DNA of 64,000 bases from Nitrospira sp. (GTDB lineage Bacteria > Nitrospirota > Nitrospiria > Nitrospirales > Nitrospiraceae). Below the pieces are notes generated by a model, which saw only the letters and a program-made list of their open reading frames with translations, ran no database searches and had not been told where the DNA came from. Positions 9,309-20,311 of the stretch are shown piece after piece. The translations under genes and the position numbers were made by a program. The DNA lies in the NCBI GenBank assembly GCA_047150005.1, contig AP038806.1, positions 2,304,001-2,368,000 of the forward strand, given 5' to 3'. Numbering within the stretch: position 1 is the first letter of the stretch; every line of letters begins with the position of its first letter.

Positions 9309-10328
9309 TCACCGTTCCATGGTCAGCACGACCCGGAAGCGTGCCTGTCCGCTTATCATGCGGTCATAGGCGGTCGAGGCCTGTTCGAACGGAAATGTTT
9401 CGATCATGGGGCGGATGCCCGTCATCGCGCAGAAGTTCAATGTATCTTCGGAGTCGCGTGCCGTGCCGGACGGCCATCCTTGCACGGAGCGCCTGGCACC
9501 AATGAGTTGGATGGGTGTCACGGTGATGGGATCCGCGGCAGCCCCCACTACGAGCAGCTTTCCACCAACTCCAAGGCCATCGATCAGTTCCGACATGGCT
9601 TTGCTGTTCGGTGCGGTGGCGAGGATGACGGAGGCACCACCCATCTTGGCCAACTCACCTGCGGCATTGACGGTTCCCATGTCGAGGTAGTGCACGGCAC
9701 CGAGTTGTCGCGCCAGGGTTTCCTTGTCTTTGCCGCGTCCGATAGCCACCGTACGAAAGCCCATTTTGCTCGCGAATTGAATGCCGAGGTGTCCCAGCCC
9801 GCCGAGTCCCTGGATGGCTACGAGATCGCCGGCGCTGGCCCCGCTGTGACGCAGGCTGTTGAATGTGGTAACTCCGGCGCAGAGGAGTGGAGCGGCTTCC
9901 ATGGGAGCAAGGACATCCGGGATTACAGCAACGGCTTCACTACGGGCGATCATGTACTGGGCATATCCGCCGTCGCTCATGAATCCGGTGACATGGAAAT
10001 TCTGGCACCCCATGAAATCTCCGCGTCGACAGGGCGTACATTGACTGCAATGGCCGCCGTGCCAACCGACGCCGACCCGCTGCCCCTTCGTCCAACCCAT
10101 AACGCCGGCTCCCACGGCGTCGATTACTCCCGCGATCTCATGGCCGGTCACCCGTGGATATTGTAGACCAGGCCAGTGTCCTTCCTTGACGAAGGCGTCG
10201 CTATGGCAGACGCCGCAAGCCTGGATTCTGATACGGACGGTGTTCGGTTTCGGTTCCGGGATATCGCGGTTCCCGACTTCGAATCGGCCTCCGGGACCGC
10301 TGATTTGCACCACGGTCATCTGAGCCAT
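9309..10328 (-). CDS. Zn-dependent alcohol dehydrogenase (MDR family)
   Basis: CGVCHSD, GHEIAG, CxxCxxC..C structural Zn site, PLLCAGVT, GLGGLG; RBS AAGGAGG before ATG 10328. Confidence 0.93.
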   Translation of the reverse strand: MAQMTVVQISGPGGRFEVGNRDIPEPKPNTVRIRIQACGVCHSDAFVKEGHWPGLQYPRVTGHEIAGVIDAVGAGVMGWTKGQRVGVGWHGGHCSQCTPCRRGDFMGCQNFHVTGFMSDGGYAQYMIARSEAVAVIPDVLAPMEAAPLLCAGVTTFNSLRHSGASAGDLVAIQGLGGLGHLGIQFASKMGFRTVAIGRGKDKETLARQLGAVHYLDMGTVNAAGELAKMGGASVILATAPNSKAMSELIDGLGVGGKLLVVGAAADPITVTPIQLIGARRSVQGWPSGTARDSEDTLNFCAMTGIRPMIETFPFEQASTAYDRMISGQARFRVVLTMER

Positions 10329-10436
10329 GTTCGACCTCCTTAGTGCGATGCGCAGAAACACTCCGAGCCTAGATCATTGGATCTTTGATCGCAATACGGG
10401 ATATTGTCCTGGATCGAAACCAAATCAGGAGGATTC

Positions 10437-11291
10437 ATGAAGCGTAAGCGCGAGTCCGGTAAAGACCATTGCCTATTCGGATGGAGAGGCGGCCTCGCGG
10501 CCTTCGCGGTCACGGCAAGTATTGGTTGTGCGGAACGTCCTCCTCAACCTCATCCCTCGGTTCTGCAACGAACTTGGTTGGTCGATCTGACTCATACAGT
10601 CGGAAGCGATACGATCGTGTGGCCCACCGAGCAGGATGTCAAACTTATCGTGCAGCACGCAGAAGACATGCCGGGTGGATACTACTACGCCTCCAATCGC
10701 TTGGAGCTGCCGGAACACGGCGGCACCCACATCGATGCGCCCATTCATTTCTCTAGAGGAAAGCAGACACTGGATCAGGTTCCCATCGAGCGCTTGGTGG
10801 GCAGTGCGGTTCGCATTGATGTCGTGGGTCAATGCGTCAACGATCGCGATTACCGTATCGTGATCCAGGACCTTGAGCGATGGGAATCAGCGCACGGTCG
10901 GATACCGGCTCATGCCATTGTGTTATTGAACACAGGCTTTAGTCGATATTGGCCGTCGAGGAAGGAGTATCTCGGAACCGAACTCAGAGGATTGGGAGGA
11001 GCCGCAGCCTTGCATTTTCCGGGCTTGCATCCCGATGCGGCGACGTGGCTGGTGCGTGAGCGACAGGTCAAGGCCGTCGGGATCGATACTGCGTCGATCG
11101 ATTACGGACGGTCGACCAAGTTTGAAACGCACGTTGCGTTGCTCTCCAATAACGTGCCGGTGTTCGAAAACCTCGCCGACCTCAGGCAACTTCCAGAACG
11201 TGGATTTGATGTGATCGCTCTGCCCACGAAAATCGCCGGCGGCACCGGCGGGCCGCTCCGCATTATCGGTGTCGTGCCCCAAGGCAAATAA
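10437..11291 (+). CDS. Cyclase / kynurenine-formamidase-like metal hydrolase, probable lipoprotein
   Basis: EHGGTHIDAPIHF, VGIDTASID, FENL, GGTGGPLR; signal ending SIGC. Confidence 0.85.
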   Translation: MKRKRESGKDHCLFGWRGGLAAFAVTASIGCAERPPQPHPSVLQRTWLVDLTHTVGSDTIVWPTEQDVKLIVQHAEDMPGGYYYASNRLELPEHGGTHIDAPIHFSRGKQTLDQVPIERLVGSAVRIDVVGQCVNDRDYRIVIQDLERWESAHGRIPAHAIVLLNTGFSRYWPSRKEYLGTELRGLGGAAALHFPGLHPDAATWLVRERQVKAVGIDTASIDYGRSTKFETHVALLSNNVPVFENLADLRQLPERGFDVIALPTKIAGGTGGPLRIIGVVPQGK

Positions 11292-11381
11292 CTTCGTGAA
11301 GCAGAAGGGGTGGCCAGGCCTGCTCTGCTCACCGCTATGGCTCGACCTTCAGTAGGATCTTAAGAAGAGATCAGAAACACA

Positions 11382-11405
11382 AAGGCCGCCTTTTCAGGTG
11401 GCCTT
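11382..11405. terminator. Hairpin between convergent cyclase and ahcY genes
   Basis: AAGGCCGCC-TTTTCA-GGTGGCCTT, with A-rich and T-rich flanks. Confidence 0.5.
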
Positions 11406-11585
11406 CTTCGTTTTGCATTCCACGAGCAGACCAAGAAATGGAATCTTAGAGCGGGCAGCGGCGAAGGGGCGCCCGTCCGTCCACGATTTTCATGCGGGTG
11501 GTGTCGATCAATCGCTCGCCCGCAGCGGGGTCCCTACACCGGGCGGGGTGCGAGGACGAGCGATGATCGACGACAGGACCCGCGA

Positions 11586-12953
<1,368 letters not shown>

Positions 12954-12959
12954 TCAATG

Positions 12960-14108
12960 CTACAGTCCTGCTTCTCTGCGCAGGACTTTCGCCTTGTCGG
13001 TTTTTTCCCAGGTAAATTCCGGTTCGCTTCGGCCGAAGTGGCCGTAGGCGGCGGTTTTCCTGAAGATCGGACGACGAAGTTTCAGGTGATCGATAATGCC
13101 ACGCGGGGTCATGGGGAAGTGTTTGCGCACGAGCTTGTCGAGGTTGTCGACCGAGACTTTCTCCGTATTCTTCGTGTCGACCAGGACTGAGACGGGATCG
13201 GCGACGCCGATCGCGTAAGCCAATTGCACCTCGCATTTGTCCGCCAACCCTGCCGCGACGATGTTTTTCGCGATGTAGCGCGCCATATACGAAGCGGAGC
13301 GGTCGACTTTTGTGGGATCCTTCCCGGAGAAGGCGCCGCCGCCGTGGCTGCCGTGTCCGCCGTAGGTGTCCACGATGATCTTACGGCCGGTCAGGCCGGT
13401 GTCCCCCATCGGACCGCCGACGACGAAGCGGCCAGTGGGATTGATGTGGTGCTTGACGCTCGTCGGATCATAGAGGCCTTTCGGCATGATCGGCTTGATC
13501 ACCTTCTCCATGATGCCGCGATCGATCTGCTTGTTCGTGACTTCGGGACTGTGTTGAGTCGAGACAACGATCGTGTCGATACGAACCGGCTTCCCGTTCC
13601 GATATTCCACGGTGACTTGGGACTTGCCGTCCGGTCGCACCCAAGGGAGAATGTTCTTCTTGCGTACTTCGGCGAGACGACGGGTGAGGCGATGGGCCAA
13701 CACGATCGGCATCGGCATGAGCTCGGCCGTTTCGTTCGTCGCATAGCCGAACATCAGCCCCTGATCGCCGGCTCCGCCGGAGTCGACTCCCATGGCAATG
13801 TCGCCGGATTGTTGGTGAATGGCCGTCAGGACCGAGCAAGTGTTACTGTCGAATCCCCAGGAGGCGTCGGTATAGCCGACATCCTTGATCACATCGCGGA
13901 TGATGTCAGGAATTTCCACATAGGCCTTGGTGGAAATCTCGCCGGCGACGAATGCGATACCCGTTGTCAGGATCGTCTCGCATGCCACACGCGAAAACTT
14001 GTCCTGGGCGATGATGGCGTCCAGGATACCGTCTGAAATCTGGTCGGCGATTTTGTCGGGGTGGCCTTCCGTTACGGACTCCGACGTGAACAGATAATTG
14101 TTTCTCAT
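12960..14108 (-). CDS. metK: S-adenosylmethionine synthetase
   Basis: [64 protein letters not shown] before ATG 14108. Confidence 0.98.
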   Translation of the reverse strand: MRNNYLFTSESVTEGHPDKIADQISDGILDAIIAQDKFSRVACETILTTGIAFVAGEISTKAYVEIPDIIRDVIKDVGYTDASWGFDSNTCSVLTAIHQQSGDIAMGVDSGGAGDQGLMFGYATNETAELMPMPIVLAHRLTRRLAEVRKKNILPWVRPDGKSQVTVEYRNGKPVRIDTIVVSTQHSPEVTNKQIDRGIMEKVIKPIMPKGLYDPTSVKHHINPTGRFVVGGPMGDTGLTGRKIIVDTYGGHGSHGGGAFSGKDPTKVDRSASYMARYIAKNIVAAGLADKCEVQLAYAIGVADPVSVLVDTKNTEKVSVDNLDKLVRKHFPMTPRGIIDHLKLRRPIFRKTAAYGHFGRSEPEFTWEKTDKAKVLRREAGL

Positions 14109-14194
14109 GGGCTCCTCAAGTTCGGTGGACGATTGTCCGGCCGTCCAGCGTGAACGCATTCACAGCGCTGCCGGCCACATGCGTAATTCCTGCG

Positions 14195-14224
14195 ATACTA
14201 GCGGAGATGGGGTGGGATTGTCTA
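14195..14224 (-). promoter_or_regulatory. Putative sigma70 promoter of metK
   Basis: TAGACA-N18-TAGTAT on the minus strand. Confidence 0.45.
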
Positions 14225-14271
14225 TCTATTCGATAGTAGGGATTTGCGCCGCCAGCGTGACAGCCGCTCGC

Positions 14272-14301
14272 TTGACACCACTTTTCGGGCACTTGTAAGA
14301 T
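14272..14301 (+). promoter_or_regulatory. Putative sigma70 promoter of the cytochrome c maturation operon
   Basis: TTGACA-N18-TAAGAT. Confidence 0.5.
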
Positions 14302-14457
14302 GGCGCTGTCGGGGCCTCCCTCCCTTGCGGTTGTACCAAAGGACCTATCGCCAGTGACGGTATCTCCTTCCGGCCTGTAATCGTCCTTGTCAAGCGGCGG
14401 TAGCGTCTTGGGCCAGAAGATTGTGTGTTTGGTGAAAGAAATGGAATTTGTCGGATC

Positions 14458-15885
14458 ATGAATGGCCAGCCTGAAGCGACTGCCGAGCGCGAAACCCCGC
14501 GCAATCCCGCGCCGGGTCTTGGTTGGGAAGAATTCTCAAGAGAACTGGTAGAGTTCTTCGCCTCGATCAAGCTGGCGATGTTTCTGTTCCTCTTCATCGC
14601 CATTACTGCCACGATTGGGACAGTCATCCAACAGGGTGAGCGAGCCGAGACCTACATCCAGGAATACGGGGAGAATGCCTACCGATGGTTTCTGCGGTTG
14701 GGCATCACGGATGTCTACCATACGTGGTGGTTCACCAGCCTGCTCGGACTGCTCTGCGTCAACTCCCTGACGTGCTTCTACAAGCGGTTTCCTGCGGTTT
14801 GGCGCTCGATGAAGCAGGACAAGGTCAGCGTGTCGATGGCCTTCATCAAGGGCTTGAAGCAACAGGCCGAGATTCCTGTCCGTGGTGACAAGGAAACGGT
14901 TGCGCAATCATTGGCCCAGCACTTCATCGAACGAGGCTATCGCGTATTGGCGAAGAACGACGCGGGAGAGGTCACGTTGTACGCCACCAAGGGCGTGCTC
15001 GGGCGTGTTGGCGCGCATATGGCGCATTTGAGCGCGACGGTGATCGTGGTGGGCGGTCTGTTGGGTAGCTACTATGGATTTCAGGAGTTCGGCGTCTGCC
15101 TCGAAGGCCAGACGTATCACATTCCGCGCGGAGATTTCGATCTCAAGGTCGATAAGTTCTGGATCGACTACCATGAAAACGGAGCGGTCAAATCCTATAA
15201 CAGTACCTTGACCGTGATCGAAGGCGGCCGGCAGCAGCTGACCAAGACGATTACCGTGAACGATCCACTGGTTTATAAAGGCATCTGGTTTTATCAGTCC
15301 AGTTATGGAGACGCATGGGACCAAATCGAGATTGCGCGGCTCAATATTAAGGACAAGGAGTCGGACAAGATCATCAAGACGGTCGATCTTGAATGGCAGA
15401 AAGAACAGGCGATCGACGAGTTGAAATTGAGGTTGGCGGTTACGGACTTCGTCGCTGATTTTGCTTTCAATTCTACCGAGAAGAAGGTCTATTCCAAGAC
15501 GGTCGAACATGCCAATCCCGCGATCAAGCTGACCGTCAACGAGCGGAGTACTGTGGAAGCCACTCCGTGGATCTTCTATCAGTTCCCTGATCTCTTCGAT
15601 ATCAAGGATTCGAAATACCAGTTCGAATTGATCGGCTACAAGCCGAAGAAATACACCGGGCTTCAAATCGCCAAGAATCCCGGAATCAACATCGTCTGGC
15701 TCGGATCCACCATGATCGTCGTCGGCATCACCTTGTCCTCCTTTATCTATCACCGAAGGCTGTGGACGAAGATCGTCTCGTCAGATCAGGGTTCGACGGT
15801 GCATCTGGGTGGTACGACGCACAAGAGCCAGATTGATTTTCAGAAGGAATTTCGAAAGCTTACGGAGAAAATCCGCACGTTCTGA
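14458..15885 (+). CDS. resB: Cytochrome c biogenesis system II protein ResB/Ccs1
   Basis: FFASIKLA, GTVIQQ, DVYHTWWF, NSLTC, conserved His (AHLS), ITVNDPL..FYQSSYG, TGLQIAKNPG. Confidence 0.92.
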   Translation: MNGQPEATAERETPRNPAPGLGWEEFSRELVEFFASIKLAMFLFLFIAITATIGTVIQQGERAETYIQEYGENAYRWFLRLGITDVYHTWWFTSLLGLLCVNSLTCFYKRFPAVWRSMKQDKVSVSMAFIKGLKQQAEIPVRGDKETVAQSLAQHFIERGYRVLAKNDAGEVTLYATKGVLGRVGAHMAHLSATVIVVGGLLGSYYGFQEFGVCLEGQTYHIPRGDFDLKVDKFWIDYHENGAVKSYNSTLTVIEGGRQQLTKTITVNDPLVYKGIWFYQSSYGDAWDQIEIARLNIKDKESDKIIKTVDLEWQKEQAIDELKLRLAVTDFVADFAFNSTEKKVYSKTVEHANPAIKLTVNERSTVEATPWIFYQFPDLFDIKDSKYQFELIGYKPKKYTGLQIAKNPGINIVWLGSTMIVVGITLSSFIYHRRLWTKIVSSDQGSTVHLGGTTHKSQIDFQKEFRKLTEKIRTF

Positions 15886-15986
15886 GCCGCGCCGGGGAGT
15901 AGTCAAACGGCTGTCTCATTGGGTATTATAATCGATGATGGGCGAGAGCACCGTGAGTTGATTCGATAGATAGACGGAGGCTGTGC

Positions 15987-16901
15987 ATGGCTCGATCACT
16001 CTTTCTTTTCGACATGACATTCTGGCTTTACCTGGCGGCGCTGACCCTCTATGTGGCGTATCTCTTCGCCAGACGCCCCGCCATGGCCTTGGCTCCTGCA
16101 GGACACCTGTCGGAGGAGTTCGAGGACCGGGACGGCGCCTGGGCTACGCAGTTGGGTCAGGTCGCCACGTTGGTCACCGTCTTCGGATGGCTCGTGAATA
16201 CGGCGGCCTTGCTGACCCGGGCCTTCGAACGGTTGGAGCATTCCGGCACCTTTGCACCCTGGTCCAATCAGTTTGAAGCGATGGCCTATGTCTCATGGGC
16301 CATCATCCTGGGCTATGTGTTGTTGGAGTTGCGGTACAAGATCAAGGCGATCGGAGCGTTCGTCGTCGGAATCGGGTTCATCGCCATGGGCGCGGCCTCG
16401 CTGCTGCCCTACCGTTACCAAACTGCCGAACCTCTCGTTCCGGCGCTCAACAGTTATTGGATTTACATTCATGTCTCCGTCACGCTGACCAGCTATGCGG
16501 CGTTTGCCATGGCCGGGGGCCTCGGGTTGATGTATCTGTTCAAAGAGCGGGCGGAGCTCCGGGGTAGCCAATCCCGGTTTTACGCCGCATTTCCCGACTT
16601 GGAAACCATCGATGAATTGGGTTACAAGGCGATCATGATCGGATTTCCACTGTTGGCCTTCGGCATCATCCTCGGGGCGATGTGGGCCAACTATGCCTGG
16701 GGCGGATACTGGAGTTGGGATCCGAAAGAGACCTGGTCATTGATCGTGTGGCTCATCTACGGCGCCTACATTCATGCCCGCATGACCCGAGGTTGGGAAG
16801 GACGACGAGCCGCGATCTATGCGGTCTTCGGGTTCCTCATGGTGATCTTCTGTTTTTGGGGGGTTAACTTCCTCTTGTCGGGATTGCACGCCTACGCGTA
16901 G
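15987..16901 (+). CDS. ccsA: Cytochrome c biogenesis protein CcsA/ResC (heme lyase)
   Basis: WWD motif GAMWANYAWGGYWSWDPKETW, LVPALNSYWIYIH, C-terminal GLHAYA. Confidence 0.95.
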   Translation: MARSLFLFDMTFWLYLAALTLYVAYLFARRPAMALAPAGHLSEEFEDRDGAWATQLGQVATLVTVFGWLVNTAALLTRAFERLEHSGTFAPWSNQFEAMAYVSWAIILGYVLLELRYKIKAIGAFVVGIGFIAMGAASLLPYRYQTAEPLVPALNSYWIYIHVSVTLTSYAAFAMAGGLGLMYLFKERAELRGSQSRFYAAFPDLETIDELGYKAIMIGFPLLAFGIILGAMWANYAWGGYWSWDPKETWSLIVWLIYGAYIHARMTRGWEGRRAAIYAVFGFLMVIFCFWGVNFLLSGLHAYA

Positions 16902-17023
16902 CAACAGGACACGAATCCCGGCTGCCGGCGTCACGCTCGGTCGCCTACTCTTTCTGATGCCGGACGTCAGCTCACCGGCAAGACGGTGTGTCCGCACGCA
17001 TCGCGCCGGTGGACCATGGAGGG

Positions 17024-17647
17024 ATGCCCTTGCTTGACCAGCCGACTTCTGTGCCGATAACAAAACCGAGTGCCCCACGCCCCCTGATTCTGATTGCGGG
17101 GACGGTGATTCTTGTCCTGACATTCGCCATCGTGTGGCTGCAGAGCGCGAAGTACGAGCCGCTGGTCGTGGGCAAGCAAGCTCCGGACTTCGCCTTGTCC
17201 GATCTCAATGATAAGCCGTATCGGCTGTCCGATTTTCGCGGGAAGGTGGTGTTCCTGAATTTCTGGGCGACCTGGTGCAAACCGTGCCGGGAGGAAATGC
17301 CCTCCATGGAGATTCTCAACAAGAATTTCGAGAAGGACGGCCTGGTCATTCTGGCCGTGAGCATCGATCGTGTGACGACGACGAAGGAAATCCCTCCGTT
17401 CGTCAAGGGACTGAATCTGACCTTTCCCGTGTTGATCGATTCCTGGGGTAAGACCGACAAACCGTACAAGCGCATGGGAGTCCCCGAGACGTTCATCATT
17501 GATCAAGAGGGTATCATCCGGGAAATCGTGATCGGACCCAGAGATTGGACGAGGCTGGACAGCCTGCAGGTACTGACGAAATTACTCAATGTCACTCCCA
17601 AGGCGGCGGCTGTGGGGTCGGCCCAGCTCTCCAATGTGAAGGGATGA
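17024..17647 (+). CDS. resA: Membrane-anchored TlpA/ResA thiol-disulfide oxidoreductase
   Basis: TM anchor, APDF, NFWATWCKPCREEMP, GVPETFIID. Confidence 0.88.
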   Translation: MPLLDQPTSVPITKPSAPRPLILIAGTVILVLTFAIVWLQSAKYEPLVVGKQAPDFALSDLNDKPYRLSDFRGKVVFLNFWATWCKPCREEMPSMEILNKNFEKDGLVILAVSIDRVTTTKEIPPFVKGLNLTFPVLIDSWGKTDKPYKRMGVPETFIIDQEGIIREIVIGPRDWTRLDSLQVLTKLLNVTPKAAAVGSAQLSNVKG

Positions 17648-18183
17648 AACGAACTACCTTATCGCTGAGCTTCATGCTGCTGGCGTTTGCCGCTGCCGGA
17701 CCATTATGTTCCGACGCAGGCCCGGTGATTCCGGTGGCCAAGCGCAGTTTGGTGAAGCCAGGGGACACGGCTCCGAATTTTCAGCTTCGAGATCTCGAGG
17801 GACGGATGACGGCGTTGTCGGACATGCGCGGTAAAGTCGTTCTTATCAATTTCTGGGCGACGTGGTGCGGCCCGTGTCGGGTGGAAATGCCGGCAATGGA
17901 ACAACTCTACCGGTCCTATTCTCGCAATGACTTCGAGATTCTGGCCGTGTCCACGGATCCTCAGGGCGTGGCGGTCACCAGGCCGTTCCAGCAGGAAAAT
18001 CGATTGACGTTTCCCATTTTGCACGACGCCGAATATCGTATAGGGCTTGTGTACGGCGCGCGCAGTCTTCCCATGACGTTCATGGTCGATCGTCAGGGGG
18101 TCGTGCGGCATCAAATCTTCGGCGCGCGTGACTGGGCTGCACCCGAGGCCCACCAGCTGATCGATATGTTACTGAAGGCATAG
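17644..18183 (+). CDS. Second TlpA/ResA-family thiol-disulfide oxidoreductase
   Basis: Signal peptide, NFWATWCGPCRVEMP, LPMTFMVD; ATGA overlap with the previous gene. Confidence 0.88.
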   Translation: MKRTTLSLSFMLLAFAAAGPLCSDAGPVIPVAKRSLVKPGDTAPNFQLRDLEGRMTALSDMRGKVVLINFWATWCGPCRVEMPAMEQLYRSYSRNDFEILAVSTDPQGVAVTRPFQQENRLTFPILHDAEYRIGLVYGARSLPMTFMVDRQGVVRHQIFGARDWAAPEAHQLIDMLLKA

Positions 18184-18194
18184 TCAGGGCTGCC

Positions 18195-18941
18195 TTGTCC
18201 CAGTCGATGTCAAATATCTCGCTGATCGCGGCCTTTTCCGCCGGGCTCTTATCGTTCGTCTCGCCCTGCGTCTTGCCGCTCGTGCCTTCCTATATTTCTT
18301 ACATCACGGGGCTTTCAATCGAGCAACTGACTGATGCCGGCACAAGGTCTCGTTTCCGAACGGCGATCGTGGCCAACGCCCTGTTGTTCATCGCGGGCTT
18401 TTCGGTCGTCTTTATCGCATTCGGGGCGTCCGCGAGTTTCGTCGGACAACTGTTGATCACGTATCAGGACCATATCCGGCGCATCGGCGGCGTGCTGATC
18501 GTCGTATTCGGTCTCTACCTGCTGGGCATCCTGAACATCAATTTTCTTCAGATGGAACATCGCTTTCAGTTTCGCAACCGGCCGGTCGGCTATGCCGGCT
18601 CCTTCCTGATCGGGATCGCCTTCGCGGCCGGGTGGACTCCTTGCGTCGGACCGGTGCTGGGCACGATCCTTCTCTATGCAAGCACCACCGATTCACTCAC
18701 GACCGGCGTGTTGCTGTTGACCAGCTATTCGTTGGGGCTGGGGCTTCCCTTGTTTCTGACGGCCCTGGGCGTCGACCGGTTCCTTGCGTATTTCAAACAG
18801 GCGCGCGTCTATCTGTGGGGAGTCTCAACCCTGAGCGGTGTGCTGTTGGTCGTCGTGGGTGTCATGATCTATGCGAACTCGCTGACCATGATTACCAGCT
18901 TCCTGGAGCGTTACGGCATCGGCTGGTATCTCGGCCAGTGA
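18195..18941 (+). CDS. ccdA: Cytochrome c biogenesis protein CcdA
   Basis: AGLLSFVSPCVLPLVP and AAGWTPCVGPVLG; start at TTG 18195 or ATG 18207. Confidence 0.92.
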   Translation: MSQSMSNISLIAAFSAGLLSFVSPCVLPLVPSYISYITGLSIEQLTDAGTRSRFRTAIVANALLFIAGFSVVFIAFGASASFVGQLLITYQDHIRRIGGVLIVVFGLYLLGILNINFLQMEHRFQFRNRPVGYAGSFLIGIAFAAGWTPCVGPVLGTILLYASTTDSLTTGVLLLTSYSLGLGLPLFLTALGVDRFLAYFKQARVYLWGVSTLSGVLLVVVGVMIYANSLTMITSFLERYGIGWYLGQ

Positions 18942-18943
18942 CC

Positions 18944-19214
18944 GGACGCTGAAACAGGCCTTGGGCGTCGTTCTCACATCGCTCGGACGCTCGATCTTTC
19001 CCTCAATCAGCTTCCTGCCCGCAAGACCATCGAGGCACTCGTTTATTCCGTTCGGATGAATCCTCAGAACTCTTCGCGAGTTCTTTCAGGCTGGTCAAAC
19101 AGGTTGTTCGGCAAGGCTGCAGCGAGAGAGGAGCCGACGTTTAAGTTGTTCGATTCGCTGAGGGTTCGAGCGATGTGAAAACAAAGCCGACGACCGATTC
19201 GGTCAACCTGCTAG
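18944..19214. repeat. Degenerate inverted pair of REP/MITE-like intergenic elements
   Basis: GTTCTCACATCGCTCG (18970-18985) is the reverse complement of CGAGCGATGTGAAAAC (19167-19182) at 15/16; the 19087-19210 unit is bounded by CAGG...CCTG. Confidence 0.55.
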
Positions 19215-20155
19215 CACCAGGCTCCGAGCCGGCAATTGACGAAGGACTCTGTCAGCGAGCTGGCAGATGGGATCTGAATGGAGCCACTAGAAGGAGAGGA
19301 ACTGAGGCTGTTGGCCAGAACAGAGGAGCTTGCGGAGGCGGCGGGGATCGTATCGTCCGGTGATGGAGAAGCGGAGGCCGGTTTCTGGGCCACCATCGGA
19401 GCGGATTTCGGCGTCCCGATCTTGGCCAGAAGGCTGGCTCCATCACGGGAGTGCTGGGTGTTCGGATACTTTTGTGCCAGCAGCGTCAGCTTGTCGCTGG
19501 CCCAATCGTCGGCGCCCATTTCGTGATAGCTCAGAGCGAGGAAGTAGAGGGCATCCGGCGCGACAGACTTATCGGGATAGAGCTGCATGATCTGTTCAAA
19601 CCGATGCGCGGCGGCCAGGTACGAACCTCGGCGATAGTAGAACTGCCCGACGAATAGGTGCATCTGGGCGAGAAGATCGTGGCATTCCCGAACCTTCTGC
19701 ACGGCTTGGCTGTCGTAGCGGCTGCCCGGATAGTCTCGGCGCAACCGATCGAAGGACTCGATGGCCTTTTGGACTGGTTCGGGGTCGCGCTCGATGCCCT
19801 TGGCCCGCCTCATTTGACTCTCACCAATGCGGAATGCGGCATAGGAAGCCAACTGATGGTTCCGATGGAGGTCGAGAAAGTGGTTGTACTCGACGATAGC
19901 CTCGGCATACTCTTCCTTCTCAAAGAAGGCCTCGCCGCGTTTCATGATCACGTTCGGATCGTAATTCTTCTCGATCGTATCCCCGAGAAAGATCGACTCG
20001 TCGGTTCCGCTGATGGCTTTCTTCGCGGCCTGATCTCCGTTCTTGGGCGAGCTGGAACAGCCCACCAGCAGGCCGACTACGATGACGGGAACGACGAGCC
20101 GTAGCCCATCACCTGCCAAATCACGGAGATTGCTGCTCAATCGTCGCATCTGCAC
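19211..20155 (-). CDS. bamD: Outer-membrane assembly lipoprotein BamD (TPR)
   Basis: Lipobox LLVGC, TPR helices, ERDPEP, DYPGSRY, VGQFYYRRGSYLAAAHRF. Confidence 0.88.
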   Translation of the reverse strand: MQMRRLSSNLRDLAGDGLRLVVPVIVVGLLVGCSSSPKNGDQAAKKAISGTDESIFLGDTIEKNYDPNVIMKRGEAFFEKEEYAEAIVEYNHFLDLHRNHQLASYAAFRIGESQMRRAKGIERDPEPVQKAIESFDRLRRDYPGSRYDSQAVQKVRECHDLLAQMHLFVGQFYYRRGSYLAAAHRFEQIMQLYPDKSVAPDALYFLALSYHEMGADDWASDKLTLLAQKYPNTQHSRDGASLLAKIGTPKSAPMVAQKPASASPSPDDTIPAASASSSVLANSLSSSPSSGSIQIPSASSLTESFVNCRLGAWC

Positions 20156-20240
20156 CGTTGTACCGTCAGGTCATGTGACCAATCCTGACGCACGTCATTT
20201 GTAGCAGGAGATCCAGTCAATTGCAACGAAGTGAGGCGAG

Positions 20241-20269
20241 TTGACCCCTTGGGCATCGAGACCTATAAT
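20241..20269 (+). promoter_or_regulatory. Putative sigma70 promoter of fabH-DUF47-pit
   Basis: TTGACC-N17-TATAAT. Confidence 0.6.
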
Positions 20270-20311
20270 CCCGCAGCCTATGCGACGCCTTCCATACAAC
20301 CACGGCCAGTC

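Noticed and set aside
9195..10166. 323-aa + strand ORF
   Set aside because: Antisense shadow of the alcohol dehydrogenase; no motifs; long shadow frames are expected in GC-rich DNA
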